Source of the DNA: Candidatus Hermodarchaeota archaeon
GTDB taxonomy: Archaea; Asgardarchaeota; Hermodarchaeia; Hermodarchaeales; Hermodarchaeaceae
NCBI GenBank assembly: GCA_016839365.1
Contig: JAEOUH010000029.1
Location: 15,511-79,510, forward strand
Length of the DNA: 64,000 nt
Direction: 5' to 3'
Position 1 is the first letter of the stretch. Each line of letters begins with the position of its first letter. Under the pieces are notes generated by a model. That model was not told the origin of the DNA. It did not search any database and was given only the letters and a program-made list of their open reading frames with translations. Positions 9,795 through 17,987 of the stretch are shown here, piece after piece. A program made the position numbers and the translations under genes.

Positions 9795-10688
9795 GTGTAC
9801 ATGAAATACCAAGACCGTTTTGATAAATTAGAAGACCTTAGCAACCCAACCATGGGACGCTTTATGCTTACTCAGGTTCTTACCAGGATGGCAAGTACCT
9901 GTAAGGAGTGTCAGCGTGACCGGATGCGCTGCACTATCAAGCCACTATGCCCCGATCGTGTCTTTCTTAATATGCTCATTGCACTAGGAGCAAAAACGAG
10001 CGATTTACCTTCCTTTTGTTACCAGGTGAGTATTCGAGCACTGGAAGCCTATTTGAAGTCTGGCGCAAAACGCGATCACCCCCATGAACCCAGATATCCA
10101 CTCTCCTACTTTCGACGCTATGTGCAGTTAAAAAAAGACGACGATGAATTTAATTTCGAGGCGTTTAAAAAATGGTTGGAAACCACAACTAAAAAGACGG
10201 TTTTTGGGTACGCTATTGAAAACAAATGGTACTTTGGTGTGGGGAATGGCATCTTCATAGTGGATTTGAAGCGAAGTTTGGTTAGTTTAGATCCAGATGG
10301 TGATATTGTTCGGCATGAGGCCCTTGAACCCATCCTCACATTTCTCATGAAATTATATGATCTATCTGCTGAAATTCTCAAAGATATGCAAGATACTTGG
10401 TATCTTCGGATTGATTTCCCTGAATTTTCAGAAGAAGCGTACTCAGAATACGTTGTGCCGCAATTGAAAGCCTTGAGAGAGCACTGGTCTTTTGTTCGTG
10501 TAAATAACTTCGATTCAAATACTCAGTTTCTTATTGGGCTTGATCCACCACCCGAGATAGCGATGCGGTTGGATGGACTCCGGAAAACAGCAATGATACT
10601 GGCTGAGATTGCTGAGGTTGCACCAAAGAAATCGAGCCGTAAGCGTGGGGCTACGTCAGTTGAAGCACCAGCTCAACCTACAGGCTAA
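9795..10688 (+). CDS. Hypothetical protein with N-terminal Cys cluster
   Basis: Long ORF with CxxC-x6-C-x5-C and a further Cys. No family recognised. Confidence 0.7.
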   Translation: MYMKYQDRFDKLEDLSNPTMGRFMLTQVLTRMASTCKECQRDRMRCTIKPLCPDRVFLNMLIALGAKTSDLPSFCYQVSIRALEAYLKSGAKRDHPHEPRYPLSYFRRYVQLKKDDDEFNFEAFKKWLETTTKKTVFGYAIENKWYFGVGNGIFIVDLKRSLVSLDPDGDIVRHEALEPILTFLMKLYDLSAEILKDMQDTWYLRIDFPEFSEEAYSEYVVPQLKALREHWSFVRVNNFDSNTQFLIGLDPPPEIAMRLDGLRKTAMILAEIAEVAPKKSSRKRGATSVEAPAQPTG

Positions 10689-11359
10689 TAGCGAAATTCT
10701 GATTCTGGTTTTTCTGGCTTTTCTTCATCGTCAACTTCGTAACGACGGGCTAGTCGTACTCCAAATCGGTCGATGCCCCGTTTGGCGGATTTCTGAATGG
10801 ATTTGGCTAAATCGTAAATAAACATCAGGACAAAGAACAAAACAATGGAAACTGCAAGGATTTGGAAGTAAGGCTGAAGGACATCGATGGGAAACATCCC
10901 TGGGATAAAGATTGGTGAAACAATTACATAGACAGCTAAAATCATGAAAATATAGATGATATCGAGTGGGATTCGCCGGGGATGATATCGATCGGTAGAA
11001 CGCATACCTGGTAGGCGACTGATGATGTAATCTGAAAAAGCATCGGCTGAGCGTGCAAATTGCATGAGGGCTTCGATTCCAAATAGCAAAATAACCAGCA
11101 GCACACCTATCCGGATGAGCGAATATCCGGTCAAGATAACCGTGCCGATGGGTGACCAAATTGTGGGTAGCACTAGAATAGGGTAAAGGTCTAAGAAGAC
11201 AAATAACGGAACAGCAAAGATGTAGAACAGTCCGACTGCAATCACAATTAATCCGTTGATCAGGAATTTTGGAAATGAGGTGGCCAGTTGTTTGGCTACT
11301 CTTCGTTTTTCGTCTTTTTCGCTATCTTCTTCTTTTTCTTTAGTTTCTTCCTCTGACAT
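10685..11359 (-). CDS. Hypothetical membrane protein (about 4 TM)
   Basis: Charged termini, four hydrophobic segments, GAGGT RBS upstream. Confidence 0.75.
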   Translation of the reverse strand: MSEEETKEKEEDSEKDEKRRVAKQLATSFPKFLINGLIVIAVGLFYIFAVPLFVFLDLYPILVLPTIWSPIGTVILTGYSLIRIGVLLVILLFGIEALMQFARSADAFSDYIISRLPGMRSTDRYHPRRIPLDIIYIFMILAVYVIVSPIFIPGMFPIDVLQPYFQILAVSIVLFFVLMFIYDLAKSIQKSAKRGIDRFGVRLARRYEVDDEEKPEKPESEFRY

Positions 11360-11456
11360 GAACGGTTACCTCGGTTTGTTGATGATTTTCCTCTATGGAG
11401 TAGACAATTGTCCTTAGAGGCTAATAAGCCTGCTCCTTAAAAAAGGGAGATGGAAA

Positions 11457-12173
11457 TTATTTCTTTTCCTCGACTTTTCCAGTCTTAAGGTCGATTTGAA
11501 GGCGACGTGACCCCTTTTGGCTAGGAATGTTTACAAAGAGCGTATCATCGGTTTGCTCAACTTCAACCCACCGCACCCATTTTCCGGTTTTGCCATCAAA
11601 CTTGTGGGTTTCGGCATTCTTGACTTTTTCGAGGAACTCCTTCAGTTCGGTAAGTGTCTTGAACGTGTACTCGCCTTTTTCGCTTACAGCTTTGTAGGGA
11701 CGAAGGGCAACCGTGTCTGCTACCGCTTCACCACCACGCGCAGGATAGGCTAAATCGTGAAGGGTCACAATCCGATTCCGCTCGGAAAATTCTAAAACGC
11801 AGGTTAACCGAATCCGTCCTGTCTCTCCAAAACCTGCTTTACCAGCCAAATTTCGACAGGTGGAAAGGATCTCTGAGGATTCAACAACTCCGTAGTGTAT
11901 CCAAAGATTGGCAATGTCATTAATCTCAGTAGCCTTTTCACCCCAGACGATTACCGCGCGACCCCTAGGTTGGGCTAGGCCTTCGTCTAAAATGGCATTT
12001 ACAGTGTTCTTGAAATCCGCTTCATTTGCACTTTCCGTTACTCTAACATGAATGGTAGCTGACGCGATTTCTCCACCGGCACTTTTTACTCCTCGAATCA
12101 TGTCCCATGCCTTTTCTTGGTCAATGACTTGTTTCAAGATGGTTGTCCCCCTTCTGGCTACAGCCAAAGACAT
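11457..12173 (-). CDS. Hypothetical protein
   Basis: 238-aa soluble ORF filling the gap between genes. No family recognised. Confidence 0.65.
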   Translation of the reverse strand: MSLAVARRGTTILKQVIDQEKAWDMIRGVKSAGGEIASATIHVRVTESANEADFKNTVNAILDEGLAQPRGRAVIVWGEKATEINDIANLWIHYGVVESSEILSTCRNLAGKAGFGETGRIRLTCVLEFSERNRIVTLHDLAYPARGGEAVADTVALRPYKAVSEKGEYTFKTLTELKEFLEKVKNAETHKFDGKTGKWVRWVEVEQTDDTLFVNIPSQKGSRRLQIDLKTGKVEEKK

Positions 12174-12289
12174 GCAGTTAAACTTTCCGTATCTAAAACA
12201 AAAGAAATAAGGGAGAGCAGGAGGGATTGAGGAAAGTACAACTATTCAACCTTTGAATCTATTATCAGCTCAAACGAGTTGGATCATCA

Positions 12290-12838
12290 ATGTCATCCCG
12301 AACTGGGCGAATTCGAAGTCTTATCCGTTTAGTGACAAGACTTCGTCGTTCGGGAAGGGTTGCATTGCTTATCGATGGACCCAATGTTCTTCGTCGCGAA
12401 TTTGATATACGATTAGATGACTTAAAGAGCCAGATAGAGGAATTTGGAAAAATCGGTGTCGCAAAGGTCTATTTGAACGAACGCGCTAGCACGAAACTGT
12501 TAGAGGCTATATCGAATAGTGGGTTTACACCTGTTGTTACTACTACGGATGTGCATCTCCACATGGCAATGGAATCAATGGATTTAGTCCTAGGTGATGC
12601 TACTAAATTACTCGTGATCTTTAGTCGTCATGCAAGGACCGCTCCAATCCTCCGCCGAGCACGTGAACATGGCTTGGAAACGATAGCGATTGGGTTTGAA
12701 CCAGGTTTTAGCGTAGCGGTGCAAAACGCTGCAGACCATGTTCTCCGTATTGACCGCCCATTACGCAGCCAAATCCAACGTGTGAAAGGCAAAGAGAAGA
12801 AAGAGAAGAAAGATGAGGATTGGCAATTTGAGGAGTGA
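12290..12838 (+). CDS. NYN-domain protein (TIGR00288-like), degenerate active site
   Basis: ALLIDGPNVLR, KLLEAISNSGFTP, GFEPGFSVAVQNAAD. Confidence 0.8.
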   Translation: MSSRTGRIRSLIRLVTRLRRSGRVALLIDGPNVLRREFDIRLDDLKSQIEEFGKIGVAKVYLNERASTKLLEAISNSGFTPVVTTTDVHLHMAMESMDLVLGDATKLLVIFSRHARTAPILRRAREHGLETIAIGFEPGFSVAVQNAADHVLRIDRPLRSQIQRVKGKEKKEKKDEDWQFEE

Positions 12839-12894
12839 ACCGCTCTAACCTACTCCTGAGATTTTTTAGAAAGGATTTGCAGTGGTTTCGCAAG

Positions 12895-13605
12895 TTAGTC
12901 TAGATGGTTGCGAATTTCCTCATTGGTAAGTTGGGTGAAGACGCGTTTCTCTGTGTCGACGATGGAGATTTCCATAGCTTCCTCGTCGAGTTTCTCTTCG
13001 ACAACCTGCCGAAGGGTGTCAATGCATAATTTCACTGCTCCAGGCATCAGCTTAATTGCTGGTTTATAGTGCTTTGCTAAATATTCTCGCGCTGCTTCTG
13101 AATTGTATCCGATCGCTGTGGCACGCCAACTCCAGTAAGAGCCAGAGGGGTCGGTGGTGAAAATTTGTGGACCCTGTGAATCCACTCCAGCAATCAAGAG
13201 AGAGACACCAAAGGGACGAATGCCACCAACTTGAGTGTAATTTTGTTTCAGGTCGCAGACCTTTTTGGTTAGTACCTCAACATCGATGGGTTCCCCATAG
13301 GTGATTTGGTTGATCTGGCTTTGGACACGAGCATAGTCAACGAGGACACGAGCATCAGCGTGGAGTCCAGCGATTGCACAGCCAATGTGCTTGTCAACCA
13401 CGTAGATTTTTTGGATTTGTTCTAAATCCATTAGGGGAGAAGTGGCCTCTTTATGGACGCCAATCACGGCACCATTTGTTGCTTTAACTCCAATCGCGGT
13501 TTTGCCACGACGGACCGCTTCTAACGCATATTCGACCTGATATAAGCGACCTTCGGGGCTGAAAATCGTGATCGCCCGGTCATAGGCGAGACTTCTTTCC
13601 ATCAT
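12895..13605 (-). CDS. psmA: Proteasome subunit alpha
   Basis: YDRAITIFSPEGRLYQVEYA, GLHADARVLVD, RPFGVSLLIAG, TDPSG. Confidence 0.97.
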   Translation of the reverse strand: MMERSLAYDRAITIFSPEGRLYQVEYALEAVRRGKTAIGVKATNGAVIGVHKEATSPLMDLEQIQKIYVVDKHIGCAIAGLHADARVLVDYARVQSQINQITYGEPIDVEVLTKKVCDLKQNYTQVGGIRPFGVSLLIAGVDSQGPQIFTTDPSGSYWSWRATAIGYNSEAAREYLAKHYKPAIKLMPGAVKLCIDTLRQVVEEKLDEEAMEISIVDTEKRVFTQLTNEEIRNHLD

Positions 13606-13646
13606 TACAGTTCAACCTCTGGTAGAAGCACGTTCACAGCCTGGAG

Positions 13647-13661
13647 TTATAAAAGTTTGTC
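13647..13661 (-). promoter_or_regulatory. BRE/TATA promoter of psmA
   Basis: Minus strand reads GACAAAC-TTTTATAA, about 42 nt upstream of the start codon. Confidence 0.55.
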
Positions 13662-14063
13662 TCTGTCATCAATACAGAAGCTCCAGAGCTGCCGCTTCCA
13701 AGATGACGAACTTTTCTGAATAAAATCCACAGGAGTGAAGCCCCTATAGGTAAAAATAACTTCACCCCAAGTGTAACAAGTATCCCTATTGCTACCTTCG
13801 AAGGAAGGGCGCCAAGAGGATTTTAAATAGCCGTAGACCCAAAAGGAGGATACCTTTTCCAGTTTTTCCCCGCATGGAAATACCTCCAATAAGATGTAGC
13901 AGATTAACGGCGCCTTTTAATCCTTTGCGATTCACTGTAAAGGTCCCAAAGACCTTGGGGAGCTCGCAACGGGAAGTATTTCCAGGAATTTGACGTTTTC
14001 TGATTAAACACAAGGCTTTTACTCAACTATTGCTTTCGTGCGGATTAGTGGATGTGATTGAGT

Positions 14064-15380
14064 ATGGCACGTACACGCGTAATCATCATGGGCGCAGCAG
14101 GACGCGATTTCCATAACTTCAACGTCTATTTCCGAGACAATGAGGAATATGAGGTCGTCGCCTTTACTGCCACACAAATTCCTGGTATTGAAGAACGCAT
14201 CTACCCATCAGTTCTGGCTGGGAAACTCTATCCGAAAGGCATCCCAATTTATTCAGAAGAGATACTCCCTGCCCTCGTCAAAGAGCATAACATTGAACAA
14301 GTCATTTTTGCCTACAGCGATATTGCACACCTGGACGTGATGCATTTGGCATCCTGGGTGCATTCAATGGGCGCTGATTTTCGGTTGATGGGGCCAGCCA
14401 CAACGATGCTGAAAAGCAAGAAACCAGTGGTAGCGATTTGTGCTGTCCGTACAGGGTCGGGAAAGAGCCAAACAAGCCGCCGCGTTGTGGAAATTCTCCG
14501 AAACAAAGGGTTGAAAGTGGTTGTGATTCGGCACCCGATGCCATATGGTGATTTAGCCAAACAAATCTGTCAACGCTTTGAGACAATTGCTGACCTCAAG
14601 AAGCACAAAACGACCATCGAGGAAATGGAAGAATATGAACCTCATATCGACCGAGGCGCGATTGTGTTTGCAGGTGTTGATTATGGGAAAATCCTCGAAG
14701 AAGCCGAAAAAGAAGCCGATGTCATTGTGTTCGATGGTGGTAACAACGACTTCCCATTCTATCAGCCTGATATTCATATTGTGATTGCCGATCCCCATCG
14801 CGCAGGTCATGAGGTAATGTATCATCCTGGTGAGACTAACCTGCGAATGGCAGATGTTGTCATTATCAACAAAATTGATACTGCTGAACCAGAGTGTATT
14901 GACCAGGTTCGGCGTACTATCCGGGTAGTGAATCCCCGCGCCATTATCATCGATGCCGCCTCACCCCTCTTTGTTGATGATCCTGATGCGATTCGTGGAA
15001 AACGTGCCCTTGTAATCGAGGATGGTCCTACATTGACTCATGGTGAAATGGACATTGGTGCTGGATGGGTGGCTGCAGAAAAGTATGGTGCGGCGGAAAT
15101 CATTGATCCACGACCGTATGCAGTGGGGTCGATAAAGGATACTTTTGAGAAGTTTAGCCATCTGAGTGAGATTCTTCCAGCCATGGGCTATGGAGATGAG
15201 CAGGTTAGAGAACTTGAAGAAACTATCAATGCTATTGACGCAGAAGTAGTTGTTATAGGTACTCCTATCGATTTAGGTCGAGTTGTTAAAATTAAGAAGC
15301 CGGCAGTACGCGTGAGGTATGAACTCCAAGAAATTGGCAAACCCACTCTTGAGGATGTCTTCAAAGGGTTTCCCAAATAA
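14064..15380 (+). CDS. COG2403 P-loop enzyme (arginine synthetase ArcE-like / cyclic 2,3-diphosphoglycerate synthetase family)
   Basis: RVIIMGAAGRDFHNFN, P-loop AVRTGSGKS, RHPMPYG, DGGNND, EDGPTLTHG, LPAMGY. Confidence 0.85.
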   Translation: MARTRVIIMGAAGRDFHNFNVYFRDNEEYEVVAFTATQIPGIEERIYPSVLAGKLYPKGIPIYSEEILPALVKEHNIEQVIFAYSDIAHLDVMHLASWVHSMGADFRLMGPATTMLKSKKPVVAICAVRTGSGKSQTSRRVVEILRNKGLKVVVIRHPMPYGDLAKQICQRFETIADLKKHKTTIEEMEEYEPHIDRGAIVFAGVDYGKILEEAEKEADVIVFDGGNNDFPFYQPDIHIVIADPHRAGHEVMYHPGETNLRMADVVIINKIDTAEPECIDQVRRTIRVVNPRAIIIDAASPLFVDDPDAIRGKRALVIEDGPTLTHGEMDIGAGWVAAEKYGAAEIIDPRPYAVGSIKDTFEKFSHLSEILPAMGYGDEQVRELEETINAIDAEVVVIGTPIDLGRVVKIKKPAVRVRYELQEIGKPTLEDVFKGFPK

Positions 15381-15489
15381 CGCTAGCCCTTTGTGATCCG
15401 AAGCCCCTGGATCGTCAGCCGTGGGTTTTTGTTCTCGTTAATTCATTGGATTTTTTAGGAACGTGGCAATGTGAGCAAACAAAGGTGAG

Positions 15490-16050
15490 ATGATAATGAG
15501 TGAAAAATTAGCGTATGCCACTTTGGGAGGCGGTTGCTTCTGGTGCACAGAAGCCGTATTCCTTCGCCTGAAAGGTGTCAAAAAAGTTGAGTCCGGGTAT
15601 TCGGGAGGGAGACCAGAAACCGCCACGTATGACCAGGTGAGTACAGGTCGGACGGGACATGTTGAGGTTATCCAAATTACATTCAACACAAATATGATAG
15701 AATTCCGAGATTTACTTGAAATCTTCTTTGCCACTCATGATCCAACAACGTTAAATCGACAAGGCAACGATGTGGGTACACAGTATCGCTCGGTGGTGTT
15801 TTATCATGATAAGCACCAGAAGAAGGTCGCCGAAGGCCTGATTCAAGAACTAGATAAATCAGGGAAATATTCCAAGCCGATTGTCACAGCCGTGGAGCCT
15901 TTTACGGCCTTCTATAAAGCTGAGGAGTATCATCAGAATTTCTTTGCTAAAAACCCCAACCAAGCATACGCCCGAGTAGTGATTCCACCGAAATTATCAA
16001 AACTAGAAAAAGGATTCACAGAGAAATTAAAGGAACTGAGTAAAGAGTAA
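15490..16050 (+). CDS. msrA: Peptide-methionine (S)-S-oxide reductase
   Basis: GGGCFWCTEA, HDPTTLNRQGNDVGTQYRS, AEEYHQ. Confidence 0.97.
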   Translation: MIMSEKLAYATLGGGCFWCTEAVFLRLKGVKKVESGYSGGRPETATYDQVSTGRTGHVEVIQITFNTNMIEFRDLLEIFFATHDPTTLNRQGNDVGTQYRSVVFYHDKHQKKVAEGLIQELDKSGKYSKPIVTAVEPFTAFYKAEEYHQNFFAKNPNQAYARVVIPPKLSKLEKGFTEKLKELSKE

Positions 16051-16080
16051 TAAAAGGGGTTAGTCCCCTAGGCTTGTTTT

Positions 16081-16914
16081 TTAGACAAGTTTAGGGACTA
16101 GCTTAGTGAAGGCTTGACTAATCAGTTGTTTGGGGCCTTCAATGTCTCCGACGATGTTTATTTGGTCAATATTGATTTCACCGAGTCCACGGGCTTGGGC
16201 CTCTTGTAAGACCGACATCTCTGTTGGATCAAATCCCAAAAGATGCATGCCAACGGCTTCCACGGCGAAAGCGTCTTTGCCAACGATTAGCCGGTCGGGT
16301 GATACGGTGATGCGTTTTTTCTTCCAACCAAGAAAGACATGAGTGGCATCTAATACCGCTAGGTCAATGCCACCAGCGGTTTCATACATATCGATGAGGG
16401 CAGTGGCTAATTTATCATGGAATCGGTGCTTTTTGGTGTCTAGGACTAGCCCTAATAGGTTCTTGATAACAAATCCCTGATTCATGAGGTCCTCAAGTCC
16501 GGCTTCTTCGTACCGACGCGGTACGTGTGTACTGATGAACGTCTTGGGGTCCAAGAGAGTCTTAGCAAAGGGGATCTGTTCGCCGGCTATGTCGACCAAT
16601 TGGGTGTATTCATCAGTTGATAGATTGAAGGGAGTGGCTCTGTTGTTATAGCAGTCGTTCCAGACCTCTAGGCGCTTTAGCCCTGAACCAGCTCCGCTAT
16701 CGGATTCAACAATCAATATTTCTGAAGCTTGGTCAAATGCAGTGATGATGGCATTCAATGTTTTTATCGTGGAACAAATCCCTGTCTTAGGATTATAGAT
16801 TCCCACTTTGACAACGACTTTTCGATTCGGAGCATTAAGCCCATTCAGCCCTCCAATAGTTTCGATGGCTTGGGGGAAAGAATCAGTGTTTACAATGGCT
16901 ACAGTTGGCTTCAC
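16081..16914 (-). CDS. DUF362-like protein (divergent)
   Basis: VVVK.G, IVES, IKNLLG...KH.FH, LAVLDA, G.DAFAVEAVG..LLGFDP..M..L..A..RGLG. Confidence 0.7.
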   Translation of the reverse strand: MKPTVAIVNTDSFPQAIETIGGLNGLNAPNRKVVVKVGIYNPKTGICSTIKTLNAIITAFDQASEILIVESDSGAGSGLKRLEVWNDCYNNRATPFNLSTDEYTQLVDIAGEQIPFAKTLLDPKTFISTHVPRRYEEAGLEDLMNQGFVIKNLLGLVLDTKKHRFHDKLATALIDMYETAGGIDLAVLDATHVFLGWKKKRITVSPDRLIVGKDAFAVEAVGMHLLGFDPTEMSVLQEAQARGLGEINIDQINIVGDIEGPKQLISQAFTKLVPKLV

Positions 16915-16933
16915 GGCAAGCAGCTCGTTTAGT

Positions 16934-17875
16934 TTAAGCGGCTAATGGTTTTTTGAGTATTACTTCGAACATTTCTAGTTCAGGTCGCATTTTTGCGAAG
17001 TTCGCGGCAAGGGGGGCATTAGTTCTGAAATAGAAGTTCGTTCTTAATGGTGTATCACTCCAACCAGCTACTTCGACCTCTTTTGCGAGCTCATAGACCA
17101 ATCGTTCCCATACGTGCTGATATCCAGCTCGGATTGCTGTGAACCGCATCAATACCCGTGGTTCGTCTCCGAAGAGGAACCGCTGATCTGGCTCGATTTT
17201 GATTGGTGCACTGGCAGCTATGACTTTATCCTTATCGAAGAGGAGAACCGCGTGGCCATCTTTCATCACTCGACCTTTGAAGTAGGTCTCTCGAGCTTCT
17301 TCGTTGGCAAACTCTTGAGCGAGCCTGGGATCAGCCTGTGAAATCTCATATAGGTATTTCAGATCCTTCATTGTTGCAACACGGCTCGTAAAAGCCATAA
17401 GCTTGTCAGACAACTTCCATTTACTGATTTCCTTAAAATTCAAATCAAGGACATACCGATAGATTCTTTCAAGCTCAACAAAGCCCTTCTCTTCCCAAAA
17501 TGCTATCTGCTTGTCAGCTATCTTGGCGGTGTAAACAACAGTTGTTGCGATTTCCTCTGTCCCTTCTTGTTTCTTCAAGTAGGTAAACATTTCATTGAAG
17601 AGCTTTTTTTGAACTTCAATCGGAGCCCCTGGCATTGCCCATGGGTACCCGATATACACTCGTCCTCGTTCCGAACTAGAATTTCGAGAGGTGATATAGG
17701 CTAAAGGTTCACCGGATTCAGTCAACGCATACATGGTCATTTTTGAATCACGAGTCAAATTACGAACACGAATTTCTTCAGCCCGTACAGGAAGCCCTGA
17801 TGCCTCAGAATAGATTTTGGCTTGGATTTCTTCGAGCCCTTGGTCGGGCTCCCAATGGCGATATACAACTTTCAA
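16934..17875 (-). CDS. Hypothetical protein, probable tandem GNAT fold
   Basis: FWEEKGF motif-B-like segment and a two-domain size pattern. Confidence 0.55.
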   Translation of the reverse strand: MKVVYRHWEPDQGLEEIQAKIYSEASGLPVRAEEIRVRNLTRDSKMTMYALTESGEPLAYITSRNSSSERGRVYIGYPWAMPGAPIEVQKKLFNEMFTYLKKQEGTEEIATTVVYTAKIADKQIAFWEEKGFVELERIYRYVLDLNFKEISKWKLSDKLMAFTSRVATMKDLKYLYEISQADPRLAQEFANEEARETYFKGRVMKDGHAVLLFDKDKVIAASAPIKIEPDQRFLFGDEPRVLMRFTAIRAGYQHVWERLVYELAKEVEVAGWSDTPLRTNFYFRTNAPLAANFAKMRPELEMFEVILKKPLAA

Positions 17876-17987
17876 AATAAATCAACTTCCGCAAAAGCGG
17901 GTCTATTATTCTCGTTTACTGAGAATAATAGGACATTTAGTAATATAAATCTCTTGTGATATAAGACTAGTTAGACATGTTGAGCAC

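Noticed and set aside
13606-14057. RNase P RNA, SRP RNA or C/D box sRNA
   Set aside because: No GAGGAAAGUCC or SRP helix-8 consensus. ATGACGA...CTGA near 13703 is too closely spaced for a C/D guide.
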